A stretch of 64,000 nucleotides of DNA from positions 98,717,794-98,781,793 of the forward strand of contig NC_057718.1 of assembly GCF_004010195.1 (NCBI RefSeq). The letters run 5' to 3'. Below, one piece after another: positions 1 to 13,000 of the stretch (position 1 is its first letter; each line of letters opens with the position of its first letter). The notes under the pieces are model-generated. The model did not search any database, had not been told where the DNA came from, and saw only the letters and a list, made by a program, of their open reading frames with translations. Origin of the DNA: Chiloscyllium plagiosum (Eukaryota). Position numbers and translations under genes: made by a program.

Positions 1-600
1 TCAATCCTCGTGTGACATCTATGCGGATTGGAGAAAAACGTGAAATCCCTACCTGTAGGGTGGAGACACCTCCAGACGTCCACCAATCCTAATTCCCCAC
101 ACAAACCCAATAACTGTTTAGTTTGTGCAGAGGGTATCGAGGGACCTTTCGGCAACCTGTCTACTGTGGGGTCCATGAGGCAGTTAAAATCTCCCCCTAT
201 AATGATGTGCCGAGACTTGAGACTTATCAGTTTAAAAAAATTCTACTAAGAATTTAAGAGGATGAGCTGGGGGACAATAAACATTTAAAATGCCATATTC
301 TTCCCCATTTATCAAGGCTTTAAGAATTATAAACCTCCCATATGTGTTTTTAACACATTCCAACAATTTAAATGAGAGATTTTTCCTTACCAATATAGCT
401 ACTCCCCTACTTCTGGTATTAAATGATGAAAAATAAACTCGGTCAAAGCCATTTTGCTGTGATTTCAGTTGCTCCTTGTCATCCAAATGTGTCTCCTGTA
501 ACAAAGCAATATCCACCTTCTCCTTTCTAAGACTCCTCTTAATTGGTGAGTGACTTCCCTTGATATTCCAGGTACACCATTTAATCAAATCATTAGCCAT
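1..600 (-). pseudogene. L1 ORF2 N-terminal APE endonuclease domain, frameshifted near 240
   Basis: MANDLIKWCTWNIKG..LLQETH..SRGVAIL..GRFII..NVYCP; a different frame continues IIGGDFNCLMDP..LVDVWR..FTFFS..TRID. These are typical LINE endonuclease motifs. Confidence 0.9.
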
Positions 601-1366
601 AATCTTCTGCAATTACATTTAAATTCCGGAGAGGAGGAAGCCGAACCACAAATAGCTGAGCCCTAGTGTCGCATGGTCCACCAAATGTAAAAACTACATA
701 AACTAAAACCACTACATTTAACAAACATACAAAATTATTAAAAATAAAAAACAACAAAAACCAGAAAACAAACCAACATATAAAGCGTCAATAGCGCTGA
801 GTAGGGGAACTCATCCCCTGCCCGGAGGGGGCAACTACCTATCCGGAACTGCCCATAATAGGCATCTAACCATCTCAACCACCTTTACTTCTCCCAGCTA
901 GAGCCGCATTGCAAGCGCGAGCTAAAAAGAATAAACACCCCATAGAATATCAATATGAATAAAAAATCGTTCTTTCATAAAAAAAAGGGAATAAATACCC
1001 CACCCATCCTTTGGTATGTCCTAACTTAGAAATTTAAAATGTACATCTTAACCACCGCCAGACATAGTTTGAACCAAATTATTATCAATAGATGGAAAAA
1101 AAAGGGAAAAACAAAGCTCCAACCGGATTTCCTCCATTTCTTTTATAGAATGATAAACAAAAATAAGCACTACCGCACTTAGGTGGTAGTGTGAGGGTTT
1201 TATTTTAAAAAAAAAGAAACAGGGGATCTCACACACACCATGGGTGCTGGGGAAAAAATAAGCACTACCGCACTTAGGTGGTAGTGTGGGAAAAAGAGAG
1301 AAAAAAAAATAGAATGATAAACACATACCCAAGCAACAATATTTATACATACTACAATTGTTTAAC

Positions 1367-2170
1367 TTAAGTTAGTTTGTCCATAAAGTCTCTTGCCTTC
1401 TCCGATGTGTCGAAGAGATGCATGGATCCATCTAAGGTGATCCGAAGCACTGCCGGATATCTCAGGGAGTACTGAATCCCAAGCTCCTTCAATCTTCTCT
1501 TGACACCATCATATGATTTTCGTTTCTGGATCACCGCCGCTGAAAAGTCCTGAAAAAACATGATCTTAGACCCCTCGTAAATTAGGGCCTTTGGATCCTT
1601 CTCCTGGAGTCTGGAAGCCTCCTTGACTCTCTCCATATCCCGGTAATGATGGAACCACACCAGGAAAGAACGAGGGCGTTGACCCAGACCCGACCTCCAT
1701 GCTGCGACCCGGTGAGCCCTCTCTATCTTCAATCCTCTCATGCCAGTCTCCAAGTCAAAGAATTTTGGAAGCCAATCTTCAACAAATTCCGCAGGCCGCT
1801 CACCTTCCTTACCCTCAGGCAGACCGATGATCCGAATGTTTTTTCTCCTGCCCCTGTTTTCAAGATCATGCACTTGGTCACGCAAATTACAAACCTGCGT
1901 CTTCAGGGCTTGGATCTCTTGCTTGGATGAACTGGCATCAGCTTCCACCACTGTGACCCTGTGCTCCACCTCATCTGTCCTCTTCTCCAGGTCTTGCAGC
2001 TGCTGCTCATGCTTCTGCAGCATGAGAGAGACTTCTCTTCATTGTTTCCCCAACATCTCGCGTGATTTCGAGAGCTGGTTCACCAGGTCCTGGAGAGTAA
2101 TCAGCTCCGAGGCTGCTGCAGGCTGAGCTGCAGGCCCGGCCTCAGATGCTCCTCCTCCCTTTTTAGGCAT
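1367..2170 (-). pseudogene. L1 ORF1p (coiled-coil/RRM RNA-binding protein) with in-frame premature stop near 2040
   Basis: LENRGRRKNIRIIGLPEG, IERAHR, FFQDFS and LRYPAVL motifs. The ATG at 2170 is in frame with ORF 1367..2023 but interrupted by TGA. Confidence 0.88.
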
Positions 2171-2336
2171 TTCTAGACAGCTGAAAATACAGGTAAGTCA
2201 ATTTTTAAATGTTTCTTGGGGCTCCACAATCTTTCCAACGCCCCAAGAAATCCTGATGACCTGGGTTGGGTGGGTTCAAGGACCGTCCTGCTCCTGCTGC
2301 GATGCGAAGCTCTGCAGTGTGATCTTCTCAGATCAT

Positions 2337-2345
2337 CGCCATCTT
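2337..2345 (-). promoter_or_regulatory. YY1-type motif in the L1 internal promoter
   Basis: AAGATGGCG about 12 nt inside the G-run 5' end, the same layout as the mammalian L1 YY1 site. Confidence 0.6.
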
Positions 2346-2674
2346 AGATTCCCCCCAAATTTAACAGTCTTTTATCTAATTCTGTATTGCTGTTTTGAAA
2401 ATCAATATCTCTGGATATTAATTGTAACCAGTTTGCCAACCTGAGCTTGACTTGAAGGGTCTATCCATGAGGATCAGCTTAAGTATTGAAACAATTGAAG
2501 CAGTTGTCTTTCTATAAGGCACACTGCTCAAAATCTTAACATCTGAATCAATCCAACATCTTCCCTGTGACAAAGACAGTCACTCCTTTTTTAACATTGA
2601 CCATCTCTGTCTTTAGCTCAGCCAATCCTCTGCTAAAACTCTCAGCTGTGCTGTTGTCACTTCCAGTTTCAACT

Positions 2675-2992
2675 ATTAGATTAGATTAGATTACTTACAG
2701 TGTGGAAACAGGCCCTTCGGCCCAACAAGTCCACACCGCCCCGCCGAAGCGCAACCCACCCATATCCCTACATGTACCCCTTACCTAACACTACGGGCAA
2801 TTTAGCATGGCCAATTCACCTGACCTGCACATCTTTGGACTGTGGGAGGAAACCGGAGCACCCGGAGGAAACCCACGCAGACACGGGGAGAACGTGCAAA
2901 CTCCACACAGTCAGTCGCCTGAGGCGGGAATTGAACCCGGGTCTCTGGCCCTGTGAGGCAGCAGTGCTAACCACTGTGCCACCGTGCCGCCC
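2675..2992 (-). mobile_element. tRNA-derived SINE (shark HE1-like), near full length
   Basis: GGGCGGCACGGTGGCACAGTGGTTAGCAC head with A/B boxes (GGTTCAATTCC), CR1-like tail and (TAATC)n end. Confidence 0.9.
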
Positions 2993-5140
2993 ATTATTAA
3001 TGTTCACTGAATTGCTTACCTCTGTTACCCTTTTTTCAGTTTCAGCTCATCTAAATTTCCACAACCTATCTTCATATCTACATCTGGTCCAACTCTCCCA
3101 TTTCCTTTCTCCTTGCAATTCATGCTAGTTCCCAATTTCCCAATACACCAGTTTAAAATTCTCATCCTTGTGTTATGGCCTCATCTCTTCCCCAGTCAGT
3201 AACCTCCTCTTATTCTACAATGACTCCAATCGTCCTCACTCCTCTAAATCTTACAGATCCCTTCTCCCTTCATGATGTCTGGAGCCCTTCTACTTCCTTC
3301 ACCTCCTTTAATACTCACGTTGACTGGGAGTCGGGACTCTTTCTGGGTCCTGAAATGGAAAGGAAATAGTCACCCTGTGGGATTTTCATTGAGTGTCCCA
3401 CTTCATTGACTTGGAGTCAAGTTCCCTGTCCAATTATGGGCTGTTGAGCCTGGATTGGAGGGTAAGTAATTAAGAAGAGGATTCCTTGTGGTGGTGAACT
3501 CTCACCCACTCTCTTTACGTAAATGGCAAATAGAGCAGCACCCACATCTGGGTACCAGCCATTTAAAAAAAAAGTCATCTATAGGAAGTGACCATCACTG
3601 ACTGGGCCAGCATTTAATTTCTATCCCTAATCGTCCAGAGGGAGTAAAGAGTCAACAACCTTGGTGTGTGTCTGGAGTCACATGCAGGCCAGACCAGGTA
3701 AGATTTTCTTCCTTCAAGGTACATTAGTGAATTAGATTTCTTTGACAATGGTTGGCATCATGCTAAATTTTAATTTTAACTCTAGATTCTCATCGCATTC
3801 AAATTTCACAATCTGACATGGTGAGATTTGAGCTAAAGTCCCCAGGACATTTGTTTGTGTTTCAGGATTATTAATCCAGTGACCATTACTGCCTCTGGGC
3901 TGCTAAACTGCCTCCATTAGTTGGTAAACTGAACATAGAGTGGAAATTCCCAGTCGGCCTCATTTAATTTCTGTCAATAAAGGTTCTCAACAAGCCTTAA
4001 CCGCTCTGAACCGCATGGGGGAAGGTAACACAGTAAGTCCTGAACTGTTCAGGGCAAAATGAGTGGTGTTGGGAACAGGGCTGAAAAACTAAGCCTGGTA
4101 GTTTCAAGGCCAAGCTTCCACAATACTTTTTCCTTAAATTATGTGTCCATTTCTTTTTCCAATTAGGCCTTGTGAAATGTTTTTGAACATTTAACTACAT
4201 TAATGGCTGAACAACAGTGATTAATGAATGATTTAACTGAACAAAGCACTGGTACTTTGTACTGCAAAGTACAAGCTGCACACCCACAATATTAATGTAA
4301 CTGGAATGGGGTGGATCACAATAAAATATGGAACAGTCTGTGCTTTTCATGTATCCATTTGTTAAAAGATCGCCTGTAACAAAAGATTAAAAAAAGACAC
4401 AATAGAAATAGTGCCTCAAGGTTTTCATTTGAAAAAATGCCCAAGGCCTTAAAATGACTACAGGGTGGATTGTGACAACCTGACAAAGGGATTTTAGAAA
4501 TGATATTGAATTAAGATGATTGTCAATTGGAAGAAAATGTATTCTTAGCGTCCAATAGTTCATGAAAACACCCCTTTAAAAAATCACATAGACATACAGC
4601 ACAGAAAGATGTCATTAGGCCCATTGTACCAGTTGGCACTTTGAAAGAGAGAGAGCAGTCACTGATAAGTCCAGACCCCCTCTCCTGTCTGTAACAAGAG
4701 ACTGCATTTGCATAGCTCCTTTAGTACAGTACATTACCCAAGGTTGATGCACAGGATGTTATCAAACAAAATTTAACACCAAGCCATAGGGGAAGATATT
4801 GGAACAGATGGCCAAATGTTTGATCAAAGAGGTAGGTTTACATCAGTGCTGTAAGGGAGGATAAAGAGTTGGAAAGGTGCAGAGCAGGAATTTGGGAGCT
4901 TGAGCCCTCAGCAACATGCCTATCAATGGTGGAGCAATTTGAAATTTATGTCTATGAGACACCATAAATGGAGGAGTGGTGACTGCAGTGCTGGCAGAGA
5001 TTACAATGATATGGAATAGGCATGATGTTGGTGGGCTTTGAGAATGAGGTTGAGAATTTTTCAATTGAAGTGTTATTTAACTGGATTCGTGTGCTGGAAG
5101 AGCACAGAAGTTCAGGCAGCATCCAAAGAGCAGCGAAATC

Positions 5141-5167
5141 GATGTTTCGGGAAAAGCCCTTCATCAG
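5141..5167 (-). ncRNA. Minimal hammerhead ribozyme motif (variant) in the inverted PLE repeat
   Basis: CUGAUGA-A-GGG-CUUUU-CCC-GAAA-CA-UC. Confidence 0.6.
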
Positions 5168-5359
5168 GAATACAGGCAGAGGGCCTGAAGCGTGGAGAGA
5201 TAAGCTAGAGGAGGGTGGGGTGGGGAGAAAATAGCAGGTGGGGGTGGGGAGAAAGTAGCATAGAGTACAATAGGTGAGTGGGGGACAGGATGAAGGTTCC
5301 GGATCAGTGGTGCTGGAAGAGCACAGCAATTCAGGCAGCATCCGAAGACAGGCAAAATC

Positions 5360-5387
5360 GACGTTTCGGGCAAAAGCCCTTCATCAG
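5360..5387 (-). ncRNA. Minimal hammerhead ribozyme motif, intact core
   Basis: CUGAUGA-A-GGGC-UUUU-GCCC-GAAA-CG-UC. Confidence 0.8.
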
Positions 5388-6253
5388 GAATAAAATAGGT
5401 CAGGGAGGAGGGTGGAGTGGATAGGTGGAAAAGATTCAAAAACACCAGCAACGGTTCTCCTTCAAGATCCTCCACTCCACGCTTTCAGCAATGCGCCGGC
5501 ACCTAACCTCTCTACAGTCAGCCCTGCCTCAGCTGAGGGCCAGACTTTCTCAGAATTGCAAAGGACCCACTCTGTACTATATCCTCAGGAGAATTCATAC
5601 TCTCAACAAACAGTATATCAACTCCATCTCAAACATCAAAAACTGTAAGGACAACAAACTTTTATCTACCCACCTCCATAACCAGCACTCCTCAAACATT
5701 CCAGAAGATTCCCCCGGCCTCTGGAACTGCTCGGACGCCATTAGCCATGCGGCTGGTGCAGCTGCCACCCCCACGCTGATTGATGATGTCACTTCCGCCT
5801 CCATCATGGCCACTCCCACAGCCACTTCCACCCCTCACAATTCCTCATGCATCACGTGACATCACTTCCACCCCTCACATCATCGCTGATGTCACACGTT
5901 CAGTGACTTCCACCACCCCTACTGCCATGTCTGCCACCACTTCTGCCCCCACCAACGCCACTCACCTGCATTCTGCTGACACGCGCCCCCACAGATCCCA
6001 CTGTCACCATTCCCAGCCCCCAGAACCCTGAGTGGAACACCACTCCTGCTCATGACTCCACCCCCATTCCCCCCACCATCACACCCACTCCAGTTACCGG
6101 CTCCACCCCCACTCCCAGCTCCACATCCACACCAGATCCCAGCTCCCAGCCCTGCTGAGTTTTCACCATCCCTCTAGACCTTCCCCTCACTGAGGACGAA
6201 CGATCAGTCCTCAACAAAGGACTCACTTCATCCCCCTCCGTCCACGCATCACT

Positions 6254-6521
6254 NNNNNNNNNNNNNNNNNNNNNNNNNNNNNNNNNNNNNNNNNNNNNNN
6301 NNNNNNNNNNNNNNNNNNNNNNNNNNNNNNNNNNNNNNNNNNNNNNNNNNNNNNNNNNNNNNNNNNNNNNNNNNNNNNNNNNNNNNNNNNNNNNNNNNNN
6401 NNNNNNNNNNNNNNNNNNNNNNNNNNNNNNNNNNNNNNNNNNNNNNNNNNNNNNNNNNNNNNNNNNNNNNNNNNNNNNNNNNNNNNNNNNNNNNNNNNNN
6501 NNNNNNNNNNNNNNNNNNNNN
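6254..6521. other. Assembly gap (268 N) inside the PLE
   Basis: Run of N. Confidence 1.
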
Positions 6522-6807
6522 GGAACACTTCAACCCCAGGGCATCAATGTGGACTTCAACAGTTTCCTCATTTCCCCTTCCCCCACCTCACCTAGTTCTA
6601 AACTTCCAGCTCAGCACTGTCCCCATGACTTGTCCGGACTTGTCCTATCTGCCTATCTCCTTTTCCACCTATCCCTCCACTCTCTCCTCCCTGACCTATC
6701 ACCTTCATCCCCTCCCCCACTCACCTATTGTACTCTATGCTACTTTCTCCCCACCCCCACCCTCTTCTAGCTTATCTCTCCATGCTTCAGGCTCTCTGCC
6801 TTTATTC

Positions 6808-6835
6808 CTGATGATGGGCTTTTGCCCGAAAGGTC
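6808..6835 (+). ncRNA. Minimal hammerhead ribozyme motif in the PLE 3' terminal repeat
   Basis: CUGAUGA-U-GGGC-UUUU-GCCC-GAAA-GG-UC. Confidence 0.7.
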
Positions 6836-7450
6836 AATTTTGCTGCTCCTTGGATGCTGCCTGAACTGCTGTGCTCTTCCAGCACCACTAATCCAGAATC
6901 TGGTTTCCAGCATCTGCAGTCATTGTTTTTACCTTGCTATTTAACTGGGGCCAGTTTAGATCAGTAAGTACATAAGTGTTAGCACAATCAGTTTTGTTTG
7001 TTTCTTAATCCTCATGTAGCTGCCCAACATTTTAAAGTCATTTACGGCATCAGCTTTCAAGCATTCCAGATCCTGACAACCAAAGGAAGAAAATTACTCA
7101 TCTTCCCTTTGGAACATTTGTCACTGCTGTATGACTCTCGCTTTGGTCCATTGGTCTGAAGGAATCAATTTTCTCACTGTTTTGAAAACTGCAATGAGAT
7201 CACCATTAATCTTATTAAGCAAACAGTTTTGCAGCGAGCATATGTTTGGACATTACTTCTCTTGCAATCGGCCATATAATGAAATTGTACAGGGATGCAA
7301 ATTAAAAAACAGGCTTCAGGTTAAGTTCCAGTTAAATGAGAGAATTTCCCTGATGGATTATATTAAAACACGGTATATTTTGAGGAATGCACATCATTAA
7401 AACACTGAAGTACTATGGACATTTTGAACTTGAAATCCAAAATGAGTTTT

Positions 7451-7780
7451 GGGCGGCACAGTGGCTAGCTCCTGTGTCACAGCGCCAGGGACCCGGGTTC
7501 GATTCCCGCCTCAGGCAACTGTCTGTGTGGAGTTTGCACATCTCCCCTTGTCTACGTGCGTGTCCTCCAGGTGCTCCAGTTTCTTCCCACAATCCAAACA
7601 TGTGCAGGTCAGGTGAATTGGCCATGCTAAATTGCCCGTAGTGTCCAGGGATGTGTAGGTCAGGTGCATTAGTCAAGGGTAAATTTAAGGTATGGGAATG
7701 GGTCTGGGTGGGTTACTCTTCAGAGGGGCGGTGTGGACTTGTTGGGCCAAATGGCCTGTTTCCACACTGTAGGGTTTCTA
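7451..7780 (+). mobile_element. HE1-like SINE
   Basis: Same head, B box GGTTCGATTCC and tail as 2675-2992. Confidence 0.88.
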
Positions 7781-8104
7781 TAAAAATAAAACTCTATGAA
7801 ATTTACAGAAGGCTGATACAACCAACAATAGCTGTGCATATAAATTAGATAGCTGGTGAGAGAAAGAGGCCCACAGAATGTGACACCCATGGATGGGACT
7901 GAGACTTCAAACAACTGCTCTTCTAGAAGAGAAATGGGTTGTGGAGAGGCAAGTCAAAACTGATTGCCTGTGATCTCTTTTGACTGCAAAACTAACAAGA
8001 AGCCGATAGCTCAAGCCATCCACTGCTGATACTGTCCCAAACTGCAGACATATTTTGTTATTTTTCCCTTTGAAGAGTACACATGGGCAGGGGTTAAAAA
8101 GAAT

Positions 8105-8670
8105 AGGTGGAGTAGTGGACAGTGAAGAAGATTATCTCGGAGTACAACAGAATGTTGATCAAATGGGCCGAGGAGTGGCAGATGGAGTTTAATGTAGATA
8201 AATGCGAGGTGCTGCATTTTGGTAGGGCAAAACATAGTTTCTGGAGTCGCAGGTAGACATGCTGGTGAAAAAGACATTTGGCATGCATGCTTCCATTGGT
8301 CAGAACATTGAGTTTCGGAGTTGGAATGTCATGTTGCAGCTGTACAGGACATTGGTTAGACAACTTTTGGAATACCGCATACAATTCTGGTCACCCTTCT
8401 ATACGAAAGATTTACAAGGATGTTGCCAGTACTGGAGGGTTTGAGTTGTTGGGAGAGGCCGGAATAGGTTAGGGCTTTTTTTTCCTTAGAGCATTGGAGG
8501 CTGACCTTATAGAGGTTTACAAAATCATGAGGGGCATGGATAAGATGAAAAGACAAGATATTTTTCCCAGGGCAGGGGAGTCCAAAACTGGAGGGAATAG
8601 GTTTAAAGTGAGAGGAGAAAGATTTAAAATTGACCTAAGGGGTGACATCTCATGTAGAGAGTAGTTTGCG
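8105..8670 (+). mobile_element. CR1 LINE 3' fragment
   Basis: WAEEWQMEFNVDKCEVLHFG and LQLYRTLVR..QFWSP translations. Confidence 0.85.
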
Positions 8671-10076
8671 TGACCCTATAGCTTTATAATTCTTCTGGAC
8701 TGTGCTAGTGGGTCTAAATGTTCTCATATGCGCCAACTTGAGTTTGAGTGTTAGTGTGCTGTGAAGATGAAAGTCAAAAGATTACCCTGTCATCACCACT
8801 ATATTGCAGGTAAAGGGATCTCTCAATCTGACTGCGTGAAGTCACGTAGCTAATAGGGTAATAAATGGACACTATCGTACTGAATGCTGAAATTCAAACA
8901 TGGTCGAAAGAAATCGAGATGTCAGAATCTCAATCAATCTACAAAACTAAGGACTGCAAAAATGGCTGTTTCACTGACTGAACTATTGGTAACTTCCAAT
9001 ATAATGGCTGCAATTTCAACTATCCATTCTTCACACACAATGTAGAGGCTGATCGGATTATCTTTAACTCACACAAGCAGCTGTCTGGGAATTTCTAAGC
9101 TTCTGTGATGTGGAGAGACCAATGTGTAGATAATCACATGAAGCTCCTGTGCAAGATCCAGCAGTGATTGACATGTGTTCAACATTAACCCCTCGTTTCA
9201 CAGCACCCTGCTTTCTCTCACACTTTGTGACCCTGGATCACGTAAACTTCCTGCCACCTCTTGGTGGCCAAAACATCATATTCATAAAAGAATAACAAAT
9301 CACAACAAACTAACTCTTCCTTGAAGTGGGAGCAGAGAATCTTTAAATACACCTGAGAGAGCAAATATGGCCTTTGTTCAACATCTCTTCCAAAAGACTC
9401 CAGTCTTTCAGATTTTTTCTAAAATCTATGAGCAAAGCCACATTAAATTAGCTATATTTATAGTACAGGTTATGCTACACTGTGTAATAAATAAAATCTC
9501 TAGTCTTTATAAAAGCATACTAGCCAACTGCTGGAGTTCAGGAGTACAAAAAGTGTCAATCACCTAATGCCAGTTTATGAATAGGCAAAAACATCTGGCA
9601 CCACACCTTGAAGCCCACTGGTACCAGCCATGGATCATAGCTTCCATTGATTTGTATCAATACAGATCAAATAGTCAGTGCCAGGTTGTGTTCATGGATG
9701 CTCTGTCAGATTGAATGTCTTTCAGGCTGATCCTCAAAGACATCCACTGAAACAGTGGGTTACTGCCAGTCCAGTTGCCTTCAATGAACAGAAACCTCTA
9801 GTGTTTTGACTAGTTCTGCAGGATGTTCTGCAGAGATTTTCAGCACTGTGCCACAGTCATTCTACTTCTCCATCATCTCAACCAATTGCATGTAAACCAT
9901 CCCGATGAACTGCATGTGAGAGAGATGCTTTCTTTGCGTGCACCTTGAGATTTGAGCCCATACACTGTCCATTGGAGAATGGTCACTTCTCCAACCTCCA
10001 TGGGGGAATGGCATTTGCGACATCCTCTAGGATCCAGGAATAGCTCACTAGACCTTCGTAATTTACCTTGTCATAA

Positions 10077-10142
10077 CTGTGCTTTTCCAGCACCACACTC
10101 TTTGACTCTGATCTCCAGCATCTGCAGTCCTCACTTTCTCCC
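10077..10142 (+). mobile_element. 3' fragment of the short PLE-derived element (no ribozyme core)
   Basis: CTGTGCTTTTCCAGCACC..CTCTGATCTCCAGCATCTGCAGTCCTCACTTTCTCC. Confidence 0.8.
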
Positions 10143-10506
10143 TGTAATAACTTTTCTGCCTTACTCACTACTTCTTCTGACTCAGTGCTCCAAATTTTGC
10201 ATAAATTGAACCAACTGCAAATGCAGAGACAAGGAGCTGAATTTTCTTAATCTTCAATGTGAGCAGATTTAGAGATGGGGAGCATGGTTGGCATGCCAGG
10301 ATGGCGTTTCAATGCATTCCCTCTACCAGGGATCTGATACCAATCTAACAGCTGCCAAGGAGGAGCTGGAAGCTATCAACTGCCACCTCCACATAATTTG
10401 CATTGGTAGGATGTCTTTTGTGGTGATTTGATGGTGTCTCTGGCTTTTTGCTGACAGTGCAATGGTTCCCTGCCTTGTGCAAAGGTGCCAGTTTAGATGC
10501 ACAGTA

Positions 10507-10703
10507 TCTAGATTAAAGTGGTGCTGGAAAAGCACAGCAGGTCAGGCAGCATCCAAGGAGCAGGAAAATCGACGTTTCGGGCAAAAGCCCTTCAGGAAAT
10601 GTCGATTTTCCTGCTCCTCGGATGCTGCCTGACCTGCTGTGCTTTTCCAGCACCACTCTAATCTAGACTCTGATTTCCAGCATCTGCAGTCCTCACTTTT
10701 GCC
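10507..10703. mobile_element. Head-to-head (fold-back) short PLE-derived element
   Basis: Arms 10507-10578 and 10596-10667 are reverse complements. The flanks TAGATGCACAGTATC and TAGATGCCACAATATC form an imperfect TSD. Both hammerhead cores are broken. Confidence 0.85.
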
Positions 10704-12711
10704 TAGATGCCACAATATCCTTAACACAGGTTTGGGATGAGGTTGACATTTGAACCTGGGTCTCCACCTCCCAAAGAGAGGGTTGCACTCATGAAAGGGT
10801 GCAACCATGGTGAAGATCAATCTAGTGGAGGTCTTCTCCCCTCTGCTCTGATCCACTTCTGTAATTCAGATTATCAAGGTGTCCTTGCTGTTGCCCACCT
10901 GCATCAGCAGTACCTCTGCTTCTAGTGGAATGGTTGAGACTCTAGTGTTACTAGAACTCTGTTGAAACAGCAGGAGGATGACAAGCTCAGAGGTAGACAG
11001 TTAGGAGTCCATCTCCTGGAAGGTGGTTACTCTGTCTTGCTGGTTGCCAGGGTGAATTCAGAACCTCTACTTGGTCCTAAGCTTGGGGTCCCAAAGCCTG
11101 AGAGAAATTTCTGCCCAATGTGTCATGTAATATGACAGGAATCCTAGATACATGAATGGGACAGGTGATGCTGTGGAAGTGTCAAGGAGGTCATTAGGTA
11201 GACAGCCTCTTTACCCAAGGAGTGGTGCCTATAATGTGAGACACAGGGGAGCTTTCAGTGACATGCACACGATAAATTCAACCTTGAAGAAATAGCACCC
11301 ATGCTTTATGAAACCTATCGAACTGACATTATTGTTGTGCCTTTGCTAGTCTCATTTTGCCACCCCACTTCCAATCTTGTCATCTTGCACAATTTCCCTC
11401 ACTTATTATTGTCAGAATTCCGTATTTGTGTCGATTCAGTATTGGGCCTTCCTCTCTTGGTTGCATGTTCTCCACTGCGTCATTTCTTTGTGGGAGGGAA
11501 GGTGAGATTGGGATTAATGACTACTTTAACCTCTTACAGGTTGCCAAACTGGATACACTGGACTGTTGCCAGCATCTAATGTCTTTCTCCCTTTGCAAAC
11601 AGTATAACTGACATCATGGGTGCACTGTGTTTGCGAAACAATCACTTTTTCATTGTATAGGCGTCATTGTGAAATTTGCCCTAGACGCATGTGAGATACG
11701 ATCAAATATTGGATTGATATTAGAAATGTCAACATAACAGGTAACAAGAAATAAAAATGCCATGTAAGGAAAAGAAAATGCAGTTTTGAAGGTGGTGGTT
11801 CTCTGCCCTACAATGTACAGCTTTTATTTTTTAAGGGCAAAATAAACATTAAAAAGGAGGGGTAGTTTTTGACTTATAAAGTGGGAACAGAAATTGCAAG
11901 GCTATGCTGTTGTTCAATCTGTTAGGTCTTGATTGTGCATTCCATCTTCATCTATAGCCAGCTGTGCACCAGGAATGGAGCTTCCCGATTTCTGTCCTTG
12001 TTATGTTATGTATTCCACCCACAGAGCTTGAGCACAGACACATGTAAGCAGGCAGTGCAGTCCCCATATGGATAAGAGTCTTATTTACTCATAACGCACC
12101 ATCTGCTATCTTGTCAGGGTAAGATTAACAAAGTCACACTCCACCAAAAACTGAAAAGCAATACTCACCAGAGCTCCAAGTGCTACTGCATACATTTGAA
12201 TTGCAACACAGTTACTGATACTGTGCAAGAATTAGGTGGTGATGTAGTGCTTGAAGGCGAGACATTAAGACCTGGCGATAAAGAGATTGCACTAATCATA
12301 ACTAATGAGAAATCAGCTGGTATTCCTGAGTTGGCAAAGGATAGTAACCAGCTTTACGAATAAGACTAGCAGATATCTCATCACAAATCCACTGGGATTA
12401 TCTGCTGCTAACCCCAATGGACTTTACAGGGTTGAGGGTGGGGGAGGGTGAGGCCACTTACCACTTAAATGGCAAGTCCCTGCACCATGAGGGGTGTTTC
12501 TGAGACATCCCAGCATTCTAACAAGGCTGTAAAATGTAACTGAATTGGAGACTGGTGATCTGGAGGGGTCATCACAGCTATATCATTCCTTTTCTCCAAC
12601 TCCTGTAATACACTCATATTCTGCCTGGCAGGCCATGAAAAGTCTGGAAATGTGAAGATCCCTGTCATGAGGAATCCATGTCCCTCAACGGGCTTGTTTG
12701 GAATGGTGGTT

Positions 12712-13000
12712 CATAGAATCATTGAATCCCTATAATGTGGAAGCAGTCCATTCAGCCATTAAGTTCACACTGACCCTCTGAGAGGCATCCCATCCCCCCT
12801 ATCCTGAGCCCCACCATTTCCCATGGCTAAGTCACCTAGACTGCACATCTTTGGACTGTGGAAGGAAACCGGAGCACCCGCAGGAAGCCTACGCAGACAT
12901 GGGGAGAATGCGCAAACTGCACACAGACAGTTGCCTGAGGGTGTAATTGAATCTGGGTCCCTGGCGCTGTGAGGCAGCAGTGCTAACCATTGAGCAACCC
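12712..13000 (-). mobile_element. HE1-like SINE (diverged)
   Basis: Matches the other SINE copies. Confidence 0.85.

Larger units (their letters stand above)
1..2356 (-). mobile_element. L1-clade LINE, 5'-complete (5'UTR, ORF1, spacer, start of ORF2), running off the left window edge; disabled
   Basis: The minus strand starts GGGGGGAATCTAAGATGGCG at 2356, followed by an ORF1p-like and an APE-endonuclease-like reading frame in L1 order. Confidence 0.9.
5084..6935 (+). mobile_element. Penelope-like element (GIY-YIG type) with inverted terminal-repeat fragments at the 5' end; middle hidden by an assembly gap
   Basis: N-terminal PLE motif VFTIPLDLPLTEDERSVLNKGLT before the gap, and the GIY-YIG C-terminal GTLQPQGINVDF right after it. 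5084-5432 is made of reverse-complement pieces of about 6658-6895. Confidence 0.85.

Noticed and set aside
6223..6533. ORFs spanning the poly-X region
   Set aside because: Artefacts of the N gap.
9560..10000. Possible Harbinger transposase remnant (also near 31980-32160)
   Set aside because: Only faint motif resemblance; too decayed to support without a profile search.
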